A DNA stretch of 63,727 nucleotides, counting the filler, from Octopus bimaculoides (taxonomy: Eukaryota), in NCBI RefSeq assembly GCF_001194135.2. It is 7 parts of 7 records of this genome, joined end to end, with 100 filler letters (N's around TTAATTAATTAA, not from the genome) between each part and the next. Parts side by side here need not be neighbours in the genome. Positions count along the whole stretch, not along the records: positions 1 to 31,312 come from NC_068981.1; 6 more parts are not named here. One strand, 5' to 3'. Both the position numbers and the translations under genes were made by a program. Positions 13,501 through 26,321 of the stretch are shown piece by piece. Under the pieces are notes generated by a model, which was not told the origin of the DNA, did no database searches, and saw only the letters and a program-made list of their open reading frames with translations. Every line of letters starts with the position of its first letter. Positions within the stretch are counted from its first letter, which is position 1.

Positions 13501-14011
13501 TGAGAGAGCAGCATACGCCATCAAAATGACGTTGGGGTACAAATATACGAAGCTCAATGTACCCATCATGACTACCCCTCTGATAAGGGTACACCAGCCA
13601 CGTGGTGATCTCGTATCAAAATACACAGCGCATGACCAAGCAGGTTGGTGGTCCCAGTTACAGTTTGTTCCGGTCGCGAAACTCATCCTGCTCAAAAAGC
13701 CCCTGAATACGGATTGTTTAATGATGACCGAAATACCCATGTTACCAGGAGTGAATTATTCAAACCTTAAAGAATCCCTCTCAAACTATGGCTATGATGC
13801 TACTCCCTACTCCTGCTCGTGAACGGAGATTCACATATCATCAGCCACCAAGGGACATGCTTAACTGGTTAAGGTGACAAGAAAATTTGTGGTATTGGGC
13901 AGAATATTTGCTGTAGCACATCTTTTACATCAAGACAACACATGTACCCGATAACACTTCCAATCAGTTTAAGATTAAAAGCCACAAGAGTCATTGCCCG
14001 GTATTGGATTA

Positions 14012-14195
14012 GGTTGGAACCCCTGGAATCTTGCATGAGTAGCAGGTTTGCTACCTGCAGCTTATGCTACCATGCTATTTGTTCTCTTCAACTATCTAAT
14101 ATTATTTTCCTGACGATTCTGGCAGTGCCAAGGAGGGAAACGTTTTGCAACAGCTCTACAGAGCACTCCATTGATACTGTCCCCGAAACCCTAAC

Positions 14196-14197
<2 letters not shown>
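14012..14197 (-). mobile_element. 3' end fragment of an R4/Dong-like (restriction-like endonuclease) non-LTR retrotransposon
   Basis: Minus strand reads SMECSVELLQNVSLLGTARIVRKIILDS*, matching the LQK..LLGTA.I.RKVL C-terminus; abuts (TTA)n at 14198-14229; homologous to 22427-22632. Confidence 0.7.
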
Positions 14198-14229
<32 letters not shown>

Positions 14230-14925
14230 AACACTGCTTTATTTGGATTCATTTTCACTTACTGCTCGGACGTTCTAAGGGAAAAGCATGAATGTCTTTG
14301 ATTCCTATGACCCTACAAGCAAACATCCCCAGTTTCATGCCTCTTAACAGAAACACTATTGCCTAAGACACAGTCTGCAAATTCTTCACGTTTTTTAATT
14401 TGCATTCGAATCACTAAGTTCGACAATTACATTTCTTTCATCCAGGGTCCAGCAAAGCAAATAGCAACAACATCGTTAGAGTTGGTTCAATTTAAGTCAA
14501 AAACAAAATAAAAGGACCCCAAAGTTGAGAAATGAACTACCCCCACACCCCGCTCTTCTCTAATTGCTTATGGCAATGTACATGTTGGTTCGTGTATCTT
14601 GGAAGGACACTTGGCTCTAGTCACGTGAAAATGTCGTGCCTCTTCAAAAAGAGAGGCCATTGCTGTTTGCTCTCCTCAAACTAAGTGGATTTTATTGACA
14701 ACCGACACAAAAATATATGAATTAACTGTTTTGCACGAAAAGCGCGGCATTCAGTTGTGACCTGCCAGGAAATCAAGAGATTTTGAGAGCAAAATGAAAT
14801 ATTTACACTTCGTATATCGTCTTGGGAACCTTGTAATACGAGAGAAATCACTTATTGACCATTAACTCAACTACATTCTCTATATGGGTCTGGCATTTAT
14901 TTAGCTCTCGCACAATCTTTTGCTC

Positions 14926-14956
<31 letters not shown>

Positions 14957-15433
14957 CTCTCGTTATTTCCTTCTTCCTCACCTTCCCCCTATTATATCAC
15001 CTTCCTAAAAACTATTCACACTTTCGATTCTCCCCCCCCTAAACACCTCTTCAGTTTTCTCTTTTTTCTTCTCTATAATTGTCCTAAATTTAACTTCCTC
15101 TCTATTCTTTCTTTTCTTTCTCGTCATAATATATTTAAACCGCCATTTTTACTTTCATTCTGTCATATCTAATTTTATTTATTCATTTACAAGTACTAAT
15201 TTATCGCCTTCTAACATTTTCTCAATCAATCGCCGCCATCATCATTCTCTCAGTCTATCACTCAATAGCATCCATTATCACTCACCCGTTCTATCACTCG
15301 CTATCACTCTTTACAATTCACTCGACGATTACTTGTTCAGCCTATCACTACCCATCACTTTTTACATCTCACCCGACTATTAAATCTCTCTCCCTCTCCC
15401 TGTCATATTAGAGAGAGTAAGAGAGAGAGAGAG

Positions 15434-15491
<58 letters not shown>

Positions 15492-15623
15492 NNNNNNNNN
15501 NNNNNNNNNNNNNNNNNNNNNNNNNNNNNNNGTGTTGTCTCCAGCTCAGCCTTTTCCTAACCATGTCGGGATTTGCTACTTTAAATAGTATATCTTTTGC
15601 ATCAAGGGTTTTATAAATGTTTC

Positions 15624-15682
<59 letters not shown>

Positions 15683-16162
15683 TAAGTAGTTATTCAACCT
15701 ACGCAAAACAACAGCTAAGTTTCACTCAAATCACACCCTACCGTCTGCAAAAACGATGGAGTAATCTAAGACATACAATAAGTGAAAAAAGTTAAACCCG
15801 AACTTGTCACTAATGAAATAGCTTTGATCATAGGAGTGACTTCACGCCAACGCTTGACCAACGAACAAAGGCAAATCACACACCACTTTGTCGACCGATA
15901 TTCCTCACTTTATATTCTCTGATTTCTTCATTTCTGGCTGGGTACGCCCCAATCCCCACCCACCTTACTACACTCACTTAATACGAAATATACGTTGTTT
16001 CACTATTTTCACAAAACTGCCACGTTTTTCATTGCATCTCACTATAAAAATCATTCGCACTCTAACACGAGTTGCACACTACCGCCAAAACAACAACAAC
16101 ATCTACAACTACTACTACTACTACTACTACTACTACAACAATTTTAATTTTAAAAAATAATG

Positions 16163-16270
16163 TTTATTACCTCCGCTTTAGCGAAGGCGGAGGTATTCTT
16201 TTCAGTCGCGTTTGTTTGTTTGTTTGTTTGTCCGTGGACAAGATATGAGCTTACACAGGCATATTATATT
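16163..16270 (+). mobile_element. 5' end of a Helentron-associated HINE/DINE-1-like element
   Basis: TTATTACCTCCGC...GGCGGAGGT hairpin followed by (TTTG)n; homologous to the 5' end of the minus-strand copy at 54794-55171. Confidence 0.6.
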
Positions 16271-16294
16271 GGTTTTACATTTTGGTACAAGGCC

Positions 16295-16440
16295 AGCAAT
16301 TTTGGGGGAGGTAATCGACTAATGCTTATTTTATCGACCCCGAAAGGGATGGAAAGCAAACTCGACCTCAGCGGAATTTGAACTCGGAATGTAGAGTCGG
16401 AACAAGTGCTGCTAAGCATTTTCCTGATGCGAGCCTTACA
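16295..16440 (-). mobile_element. SINE family M, partial
   Basis: Reverse-complement match TTTTATCGACCCCGAAAGG...GGAATTTGAACTC. Confidence 0.75.
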
Positions 16441-17582
16441 TAGCCATATTCTATTCATCATCTTGCGTGTATCACATTACTCCACAGACACATGCAGGAT
16501 TGATAGGGAAAAGAATCCTCAGGTACGGTTAGGATGACACTGCATGAGACTTGGTCGAACCTTTCGCTTACAGCTACAGTCTATCCTATAGGCTTCCACT
16601 CAGTTTCCATTTAATAAACTCTTGGAGATTATTCGACTTGAGTATATGAAAAAAGACACGAGTCAAAGCTGCAGTAGAGTGTGAACTCGGGAGTAGATCA
16701 CACACGGACACACACACATAACCGTACAAACACACACACATGGCTGAGGCCAGGCAAAAAAAACGTCCATCCTTCTAAAGTCTGGTTGTCTCAATAACAT
16801 CAAACAAAGAAAAGCATAAATGTGTCGTCTGCTTTTTTTCTATTTTGTTTTTTAAAGAATGATTTTTTTTGTTCCAGCTATTTCTAACAGAAATTGCCAC
16901 TATTATGACACCAAGGCAGCTGACTAGAATTGGCAGCGCACTTTCAGGTGCCGAAGAGTTCTCTGGAACATTATGTAGACCTTGGTTTGTGAACAGTATA
17001 TCTCTGCGAGGTTGTATGTGTGTGGGCATATAGATGTATATTGTATATATGTATGTCTATGGATATATATACGCGTGTGGTTGTGTGTGTGTGTATGTCT
17101 ATCCACCATTCACGGATACTCCCAAGAAATCTTAATGAATCTCGACCCAATCCAATAAACCCAAAGTGATTGATAAACAGGTTGGGGAGAGGAGGAGGAG
17201 ATATTTAAGTGGAAGGAGTCAGGGATGATAAGAAAGTGCAATGACCACAGAGAATAAGGTGCTGGTGGTGAGAGATGATAGACTGAAGAAGGTGCCATAT
17301 GGTGGTGGCAGGGAGAGATGATAGAGTAGGGTGGGGGAGTTATGCTGGTTGGGAAAGGGATATGACAATATGGTAATAGGGGCAGGTGATACTGTTTGAG
17401 GGCTAGTGAGGTAGGTTGAAGTGATAGGATAGGGTGGGGTAAGTTATGATGATAGGAGGGGTGAAGATGACGGGTGGGAGGTGGTAAAATACCATTGTTT
17501 AAACTGTTTCTGCATTGGAAGTTTCTCGGCTATGCATTCCAATATCAATGTGTATGTGTGTATGTGTGCATGTGTATATATG

Positions 17583-17623
<41 letters not shown>

Positions 17624-17651
17624 ACATACATGGATAAATGTATCTACGTAT

Positions 17652-17795
17652 GTTGCTGTGTTGTAAGAAGTTTGCACCCCAACCACATGTTTCCAGGTTC
17701 ATTCCTTCGGCGTAGCCCCTTGGTTAATTGTCTTCTACTCTCGCCACGCAAAGCATTGTGAGTAGATTTGGCAAACTGAAACTGAAAGAAACTCA

Positions 17796-17853
<58 letters not shown>

Positions 17854-18127
17854 ATGTGTGTGTATGCATGTATGTATGTGTGTGTGTGTGTATGTGTGTG
17901 TATGTATATGTATGTATGCATGTATGTATGTGTATGTTTGCCCCACCCTCACCAACCGCTTGATAACCAGTGTTGGTGTATTTCCGTTCCCATAACCTAG
18001 CAGTTCAACAAAACGGACTGATTAAATAAGTACCAGACTTTAAAAATAAGTACCAGGGTCGATTTGCTCGACTACAAGGCGGTGCTGAAACATGGCCGCA
18101 GTTTAATAACTGACACAAGTAAAAGGT
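17652..18127 (+). mobile_element. SINE family A, diverged near-full-length copy with expanded internal (TG)n
   Basis: Head, central and tail blocks colinear with 61856-62166 and 27625-27990. Confidence 0.85.
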
Positions 18128-20461
18128 AAAAAACGTAAGTATGTCTGTATGCATGTATGTATGTATGTGTGTGTACGTGTATGTATGTATGTATGTATGT
18201 ATGTATGTATGCATGCATGCATGTATGTATGTCTGTGTATGTGTATGTATGTATGCGTTGTGGCCACAACTTTTCCCTAGAGTTTTCGGTTCTCCGTAGC
18301 AACATCCGGCGTTTCTTGGCCGTGTTTTAGTCCTGGCGGCAGACTCCATCCCTTTAAACACGTGGCCAGCGGTGCTATTGTTCACCAACAACAACAATGC
18401 AAACTAGCAAAGCAGAACTGTGATTCAAGAGAATTCATCATCACAGTTCAACAGAATGACTATTGCCTGATTTGTTTCATCAAGACAGGGTCGTAAATGA
18501 GCCACGACTGGAAACGAACCAGTTTCCATTTGATCTGCCACCCATGAATAACAAGCTTACTTATTTTATGCACAACAGCATTCCACCATTACTTTACTGT
18601 TACAGAATTATGGTACAAAATCGATAACTTTCTTTCCATTATGGCATACTTCTTCCTTCAACGAGACACAGAATAAGTACTTTTCTTTTTCAGCACTGTC
18701 AGCAAGAATTTGGCAAAACCACTGAAAGAAGTAAGATTTTTCGTCCATTCATTATTCCATCTTGGCCATATCGAATTTAGTTTTACACTCAAGAATCCAA
18801 CTGTCAGTCGTTATGGAAATTGTAGCTTTCACCTATCACTGACGAGATTATATGAAAACCATAATTATTAGAACCACCTCCACCACTACCAGCAGCAGCA
18901 AACTTACCATTTCTGGAATCCACACCAACACCATTATCAACGTTGCTGTTATTATTATCAGCTCGAAGACTGTTTTAGCGAAGATTATTATAAATCAGAT
19001 TTGGAGAAATAAAAGATACAGGAATAAAGCCATTTGTCTTGGCAAATGGCCTTCTTGTGGAACAAAGGTATCTTAACACAAAACACAATGACGACGTGTT
19101 GACAGGATAACAACAAATAGATTCTTTAAGAGTTCTTATTACCAAGCCTTTCTCCTGCAGACAGACACATACACACACATTTGTAATATCGGATATACAT
19201 TCACAGAATAGTGTGAATGTCACAGTAAGCACCTCTACCGGACTCGGCTAACAGACCACATAGTAATCCAATTCAACCGATGAAATTATTTTATAAAAAG
19301 TCAAGACGTGTGAGAGGTGACTATGTTTATTTAACCTCTTGACATCCTTAGGGTTGCGGTCGTTTCGCAGCCACCTTCATGTAGGGTTGCAGCAGAAACG
19401 GTCTTGTTGTGTAGGAGTGGGGCGCTACATGGCTACTCTAAATTTAGTAAAAAACAGAGGTGGGAGTGATCGGGGTGGAGCGGGAAGAAGAGATAAAATG
19501 GTGGAGATGTACAATATATATATATTGCATTTCATTTTGATAAGCATCGGGTGAATGGATATAGTTTGGGATTAATGCTAGGGTTAATATTGAGAGACCT
19601 TGACATTACTTAATCCCAAGTAAACATACAGCAAAGAAACAAACAGGAAATACTAAAAAAAATTAGTGAGTGTTGGGGGAGTTGGGGGGGGGGTTAAAGA
19701 AAGGTATAATGGGAAAAGGAAGTGTAGAATGAAAGAAAAGTAAAAAAAGACAATATAAAGATATAATGAAATTATTCAATTAAAAGGGATTCAAGTAATA
19801 ACGATTGAATAGGGGTGGAGAAAAAATAAAACGGAAATACGGAAAATAGGGGGAGAGAGAAAATAAGGAGAGAGAAAATGGGATTGAAATTTTTTTTTTT
19901 TAAAAAGGGAGGAAAATAACAAAGCGATGGCAATTGTTCAGTTAAGAAGATTACGATAAAAATATAGGACGCATTAGAAAGATGCAGCAGAGAAAAAGTA
20001 AAAGGAAAAGATGAAGTTAAAGAGTTGAAGGAGAGACTGTTTATTGTATTGTTATTGTATAGACTTTGTGTGAGGAACAGAGTGTTCAGTGTACGTAGAT
20101 GAATCGTCTTTGAATAAGCTTCCTCTAAAAAGAAGACAAAAAAGCAGTTTCAATGTGACAGAGTGTCCTTTCTCTTTCTTTTATCGTTTATTCGTTTCAG
20201 TTTGCGGCCATACTGGGGCACCACCTTGACGTTTGTGGAACACCATCTAAGGCAGCACTTGTGCGTTCCTAAGGTGTGCCTAATATCGTCTTCAGGAAAT
20301 GTAGAAGTGGGTTTATATATACAACATCAATTTTGTTTTTTGTGAAACTTGTTTTGTTATTTTTTATGTTATGTTAGTGTTTTGTCCTCTGATGCGTTGT
20401 ATTATTGGATAGAATTTGTCTTCAGGACATGTTGCGTGGGTGTGGTTGAGTGCTTTGTTAT

Positions 20462-20750
20462 CACTGGTCCTCAAAGTGGTGGCCACTCAAAGTGGTGGCC
20501 ACTCCGGACCGACGTCGGTCCGCGGCGAGTTTCCAGAAAAGAAAAAAAACATTATAAAATGCTTATGTAATATTGTATTATTTGTTTACAAAATATAAGA
20601 CAAAAAATATTGTCCACTTTTATTATATTTATTATATATACATTGTTTCCAGTATAAATTAATATTACTAAGAAATATTACCGGTCTCTGGCACATTGAA
20701 AAAAGACAAAAACTGCCAGTACGCCACCTCAGATAGCTTGCGAAGCACTG
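20462..20750. mobile_element. Decayed hAT-type MITE
   Basis: Left end CACTGGTCCTCAAAG and right end CTTGCGAAGCACTG resemble CAGTG(G/C)TTCTCAAA TIRs; internal 16-bp tandem duplication (20470-20501) and 18-bp palindrome (20505-20522); no intact 8-bp TSD. Confidence 0.5.
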
Positions 20751-22014
20751 ATGTCGAGTCTGGACGGCGCAGTGTAATATTAATGGGCGACACAAGAGTA
20801 GAATGTCAAGTGACTTAATGGCGTTAGAAATCGGACGAACCTTGTGTAGATTCAACGACAATCTTGCAATAACACGAGCCCTTAGCAATTCCAGACTGGT
20901 GTCCGCCGTGCTGGATGACCACTAGAGTGAGACATCCGTTAGCTTTTGTTAAAGTATGTCCTGAGAACCCGCTTTAAACCCAAGCTACGTCTGCTCCGGT
21001 AATCGGCGGCAACGTCGTCAGCGAATGCTCTGCGATGATCGATAATCGACGGTAGAATGATTTGCTACGGATTACAGTGCGTGTGCATGTGACTGGGGAT
21101 CACATGTGGACTTGTATTCCCGCTGAAATTCCGAACATGAACGCCACACCTCAACAACGAATAACAACTTACGCCTACGGCATCGGTGTTATCTGACTGC
21201 GACCAATCATCGCAGTCAGATAACATGTCCCGCATTTATGAGGGACATGGTGAATTCGTTGGTCGGAGCCGGCTCCACCCATTCCGAGTGAATGTCACCA
21301 CAAGTGCAAATAAGTACAGTATAGATCCGGGTATCGTGTATATGAGAGATGTACATAATATGTGTTTGTACGATGCTGTTTCGTGGTACAAGGTTAACAC
21401 TTTTGAGGGGAGGGAGAAATTCAATTACACCCACCCCAGCGCTTCACTGGTATTTTATTTCATTGAAAGAGAGAGAGGCAAAGTTAACCATAATGGGATT
21501 TGAACGCAGAGCTAAAAGAACAGGATTCTGTCAGTTTAGTTGTATAGGGACGAAGCGCTGCGTATACAGTTCCTCCCTACTGTTTTAGATGCACTATTGA
21601 AATGAGAAAGTGTCTTAGGTTAGATATGCGCTACACCGAGCAGGACTACTTCGTGGACTGTTTGTAAAGTTGTGAACTTTGGTTTTTAGGTTTTGGCTCC
21701 CATATTTATTACCATACCCAGGGTTTCACTCATTAGTGTTTCGGTTTTCATTTTCATATTACACATCCTGGTTATCTCAATTTCAATTTCTTTGGAATCT
21801 GTCAGATGCTCTACCTTCTTTTAGAGGTGGTATTCTAGGCAGAATGAACGAACAGAACGATACAGGCGTTTTGCCCAGCAGACAGAGCAAACAGTTCAAT
21901 CATCTTTCTGAAAATGGTCGGATTTAGGAACTTGAAACGACGTGGTCATTTGTCTCATTGTAACAGCGACGGTCTGAGCTGGATGTTAGCATATTGTATT
22001 ATTAGTTTTAAGGC

Positions 22015-22420
22015 GTTAAGGCGGCAAGATGGCAGAATCATTAGCGCACCGGACGAAATGCTAAGCAGTTCTGAGTTCAAATTCCGCCGAGGTCGACTTT
22101 GTCTTTCATTATTTTGGGGTCGACTTTGCCTTTCATTATTTTGGGGTCGACGAAATAAGGACCAGTAAGCAATGGAGTCGATGTAACCGACTGACCCCTT
22201 AACGCAGTAATTTCAGACCTATAATTAAGAGGATTATCATTATCAATTTTAATTATTTATATATAGCTTTCATCGCCATTGGCAGAATCATTAAAGCGTC
22301 TTGCTGTATATATTCCAGTTCTTTAAGTTCTGAGTTCAAATCACGCCGAAGTCAAATTTGCTATTCACGTATTGGGATCGATTAAAATTGCTGGCCTTGT
22401 TTCTAAACCAGATTATTATT
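22015..22420 (+). mobile_element. Two tandem SINE family M copies; the first has an internal 27-bp duplication
   Basis: GGCAGAATCATTA heads at about 22031 and 22281; GGTCGACTTTG[TC]CTTTCATTATTTTGG repeated twice in the first copy. Confidence 0.8.
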
Positions 22421-22426
22421 ATTATC

Positions 22427-22632
22427 TCTTTATGTTACAGGTTTTGTTGGAGCTCCTGGAGTCTTGCATCCATAGCGGGCTCACTAACTGCAGCCTACGG
22501 TACCATGCTTTTCGTTCTTTTCAGCTATCTAATACTTTCCTGATTATTCTGGCCGTGTCAAGGAGGCAAACCTTTTGTCACAGTTCTACTGGGCACCCTA
22601 TTCCAATTACCTTTATATTCCCCTTGATGCTT
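22427..22632 (-). mobile_element. 3' end fragment of an R4/Dong-like non-LTR retrotransposon
   Basis: Minus strand reads IGIGCPVEL*QKVCLLDTARIIRKVLDS*; flanked by ATT/TTA repeats on both sides. Confidence 0.7.
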
Positions 22633-22656
22633 TATTATTATTATTATTATTATTAT

Positions 22657-22695
<39 letters not shown>

Positions 22696-24288
22696 GGAAT
22701 GGGGGTGGCACTTGCGTTCAGTGCATTTGCTCATCTGCTGTATACTTGTATAATATAGGTTCGCGGAGAATCTCCTGCAATATACCCTTAGATACAGTAT
22801 ACATACATTTTTGTATATACCAAATATAGTTTATGTGTATGTGTGTGTGCTTTGGAGGTAGAGACATGGAGGTTGCACTTTAGTGCATGCATTTGCGTAT
22901 GTGTGTGGTGTTGATATATACGTGTATATAACTCCTTGGTGTATGTGTGTGTGGCGTTGTTGTAGAAATTGTTCCAGAAATAACATCAGTTCACAGAAGC
23001 ATGACTCATAGAAGATGCATGAGTCAGGAACCAGAGTCCCAGACAACCTCACCCACATGATGGAGGGGCGGGGTGAGGAGGATGCGAACTAACAGTAACG
23101 TTAGAATGGAGCAGGGGACGAACTAGTGTTTATTACCGAAGTAGTCACACAATGATAGCGATTAACTACGTTGTCCCCAACCCCGACACCCTCTCTCTCT
23201 CGGCAAAAGATAGGAGAGGGTCGGGATATAGCAGAACATTAGGTTTTGGAAACAAGGAGAATTCAAGAGACAACGATCACAATTCTTGTTCCTATTTCAA
23301 GAGACCAACAACGCTGCCACAATCAGAAACATAAATCATTAAAAGGAGAGAGATTGCTACTGCAAAACCGCAGTGATGTCTCTCCCCACTTTTCTGCGAC
23401 ATGATTGCCTATTCCCCTGCATTCGAGTTTTTTTTATTTATTTATTTAATCCAATCTAGGTTATTAATTTACAGTTTAGCTTGTGCTGATTAAATGTTTC
23501 CATTTGATTTCATTTTAAATGGATTTGATTATCTTAATTCACTCCCATGACAACAACATCCAGCTAGAAGCTGCGTTCCTCTTATTTTTTGAGAGATTGA
23601 AGTGCATCTTGCTAGTCATAGAAACACAAACGTAGTTCACCAATAAATGAAATATGATAGTTTGCGACTTTCACAAGACACTTGTAGTGATATTTTCCGG
23701 GCATTTGGTAATCTGGATTGATATTGGTAAATGGATTTTGTAGAAGAGGAGAGCACCAACAAACGTTTCTCCACGCATCTAGACAAAGATAATCTCGCTA
23801 ACTTTTACCTGGTGAAATAAGAGCTGTCGGTTCTGGCCCAAACATTTCATTAATGCTGTAAAAGCTGATTACAAATATGCTCCACAGTCCATCGTTATTT
23901 ACAGTAACATTGGCAGACATCCAAACCGAACGTAACTCAACCATTTTATACAAAGTTGTTCTGTCCACGAGGTATTTTCACACTTCAATTCATCGGTCTC
24001 CGTGTCAAATCCACTCAGGTTTATGTATCCAGAAATTCGAGAAGCAAACTCACTCAGCCTCCTCTCCATCCTTTATTTCTTCTTAGAAGTCTACCGTTTC
24101 ATTACTCCACACACATCCAACACATATGTTTGAACATTATTCAAACTCCATTCTTCTCAAGAACCCAAGCATTCTCAATTCTCTTCACGCTTAATCAAAT
24201 GAAACTCAACCATTCTTCACACAGATGCTCCCAATTCGAGAAATTCGAACATTAGAATGATTTTTCTTCCTCTCGGCAATATCTTCCA

Positions 24289-24489
24289 TCTTTTACTTGT
24301 TACAGTCATTAGACTGCGGCCTTCAAAAACTTTAGTCACACGAATCGACCCCAGTACTCATTATTTTAAGCCTGGTACTTATTTTATCGGTCTCTATTGC
24401 CCAACCGCTAAGATACGGGGACGTAAACACAACGATGGTTATCAAGCGGTGGTGAAAGACAAATATAGATAAACACCAATAGATATACA

Positions 24490-24522
<33 letters not shown>

Positions 24523-25060
24523 GTGCACGCACGAAGAGTTCTTGCAGTTTCCATCTACGAAATCCGGTCACAAGGTTTTGGTCAGTCTATGGCTACAGAA
24601 GACGTGGAGGCGCAATGGCCCAGTGGTTAGTGCAGCGGACTCGCGGTCGTAGGATCGCAGCTTCAATTCCCAGACCGGGAGCTGTGAGTGTTTATTGAGC
24701 GAAAACACCTAAAGCTCCACGAGGCTCCGGCAGGGGATGGTGGCGAACCCTGCTGTATTCTTCCACCACAACTTTCTCTCACTCTTTCTTCCTGTTTCTG
24801 TTGTGCCTGTATTTCAAAGGGTCAGCCTTGTCACAGTCCGAGTTACGCTGAATCTCCCCTAGAAATACATTAAGGGTATACATGTGACTGTGGAGTACTC
24901 AACCACTTGCACGTTAATTTCACGAGCAGGTTGTTCCGTTGATCGGATCAACTAGAACCCTCGTCGTCGTAACCGACGGAGTGCCACGGCATAGTAGAAG
25001 ACACTTGCTCAAGATTCCACAGAGTAGGACTGAACCCGGAATCATATGGTTTGGAAATCG
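24289..25060 (-). mobile_element. SINE family A (minus strand) interrupted by a family B SINE
   Basis: Family A sequence at 24289-24603 resumes at about 24988 (GGCATAGTAGAAGACACTTGCTCAAG). Confidence 0.8.
24604..24986 (+). mobile_element. tRNA-derived SINE, family B, full length
   Basis: A-box TGGCCCAGTGG and B-box-like CTTCAATTCCC; closely colinear with 55492-55880; tail ...ACCGACGGAGTGCCA. Confidence 0.9.
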
Positions 25061-25202
25061 AAATTTGGTCTTTTTATTGATACGTTGATTATATTTTTTG
25101 TAAGAATTTGAAATTGTGAAAGTAAATAAAACACGTGCAACAATTGTATCCTACACCAGTCTTGTATTTCAGACTGACTAATGTTATATATATTTAAAGA
25201 GG

Positions 25203-25243
<41 letters not shown>

Positions 25244-26007
25244 GTGGGGAGGGGCAGACAGAGGAACAGAGGGTGGGTGGGGTGTAGTTGTTACAAAGGT
25301 TTTTTGGAACTGAGCCATGAAAGCTAGGATTCTCATTGGCGTTGTAATATTCCTACCAATAGTTTTTATGTTTTTTTTTTATGAATGGTTAACAAATTTT
25401 GCGTTTGCAACCTCAACAAAGCAGAAAAATAGAGAACAATGGGGGTACAAAATATGAAACAGATTGTAAAGAAGGGGGGTGGTGTTTTTTTCATATNNNN
25501 NNNNNNNNNNNNNNNNNNNNNNNNNNNNNNNNNNNNNNNNNNNNNNNNNNNNNNNNNNNNNNNNNNNNNNNNNNNNNNNNNNNNNNNNNNNNNNNNNNNN
25601 NNNNNNNNNNNNNNNNNNNNNNNNNNNNNNNNNNNNNNNNNNNNNNNNNNNNNNNNNNNNNNNNNNNNNNNNNNNNNNNNNNNNNNNNNNNNNNNNNNNN
25701 NNNNNNNNNNNNNNNNNNNNNNNNNNNNNNNNNNNNNNNNNNNNNNNNNNNNNNNNNNNNNNNNNNNNNNNNNNNNNNNNNNNNNNNNNNNNNNNNNNNN
25801 NNNNNNNNNNNNNNNNNNNNNNNNNNNNNNNNNNNNNNNNNNNNNNNNNNNNNNNNNNNNNNNNNNNNNNNNNNNNNNNNNNNNNNNNNNNNGTATATAT
25901 ATATATATGTGTGTGTGTGTATATATATATGTGTGTGTGTGTATATATATATGTGTGTGTGTGTGTATATATATATATGTGTGTATATATATATATATAT
26001 GTGTGTG

Positions 26008-26038
<31 letters not shown>

Positions 26039-26215
26039 ATATGTGTGTGTGGGTGTGTGAGAGTGTGAGTGTCTGTGCGCACGCACGCGCGTATATATAT
26101 ACATACACACGCATACATAATTCCATGTCTTTATAAGAAGTCGATGTTTAACACATGTCAAATAAATAAAAAGTAGTAGTAGTAGTAGTAGTAGTAGAAG
26201 GAAGTGAGAGAGAGG

Positions 26216-26321
<106 letters not shown>

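Noticed and set aside
13496-13822. 108-aa ORF in non-microsatellite sequence
   Set aside because: No recognisable domain; it looks like an interspersed repeat from memory, but there is no second copy in the window to support a call.
19352-19390. Minus-strand CATGAAGG...GCGAAACG hammerhead-like string
   Set aside because: No NUH site, and the flanks are direct rather than complementary repeats.
20416-20598. Signal-peptide-like ORF (HVAWVWLSALLSLVLKVVA) after an AG acceptor
   Set aside because: It runs into a hAT-like MITE with a frameshifting 16-bp duplication and has no convincing donor site.
20970-21060. Minus-strand FADD motif suggesting a reverse transcriptase
   Set aside because: Surrounding residues lack the other RT motifs and the frame is closed by stops on both sides.
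24604-24680. tRNA-like heads at 24604, 55492, 58119, 61856 and 62438 as tRNA genes
   Set aside because: No complete cloverleaf, and each continues into a SINE body.
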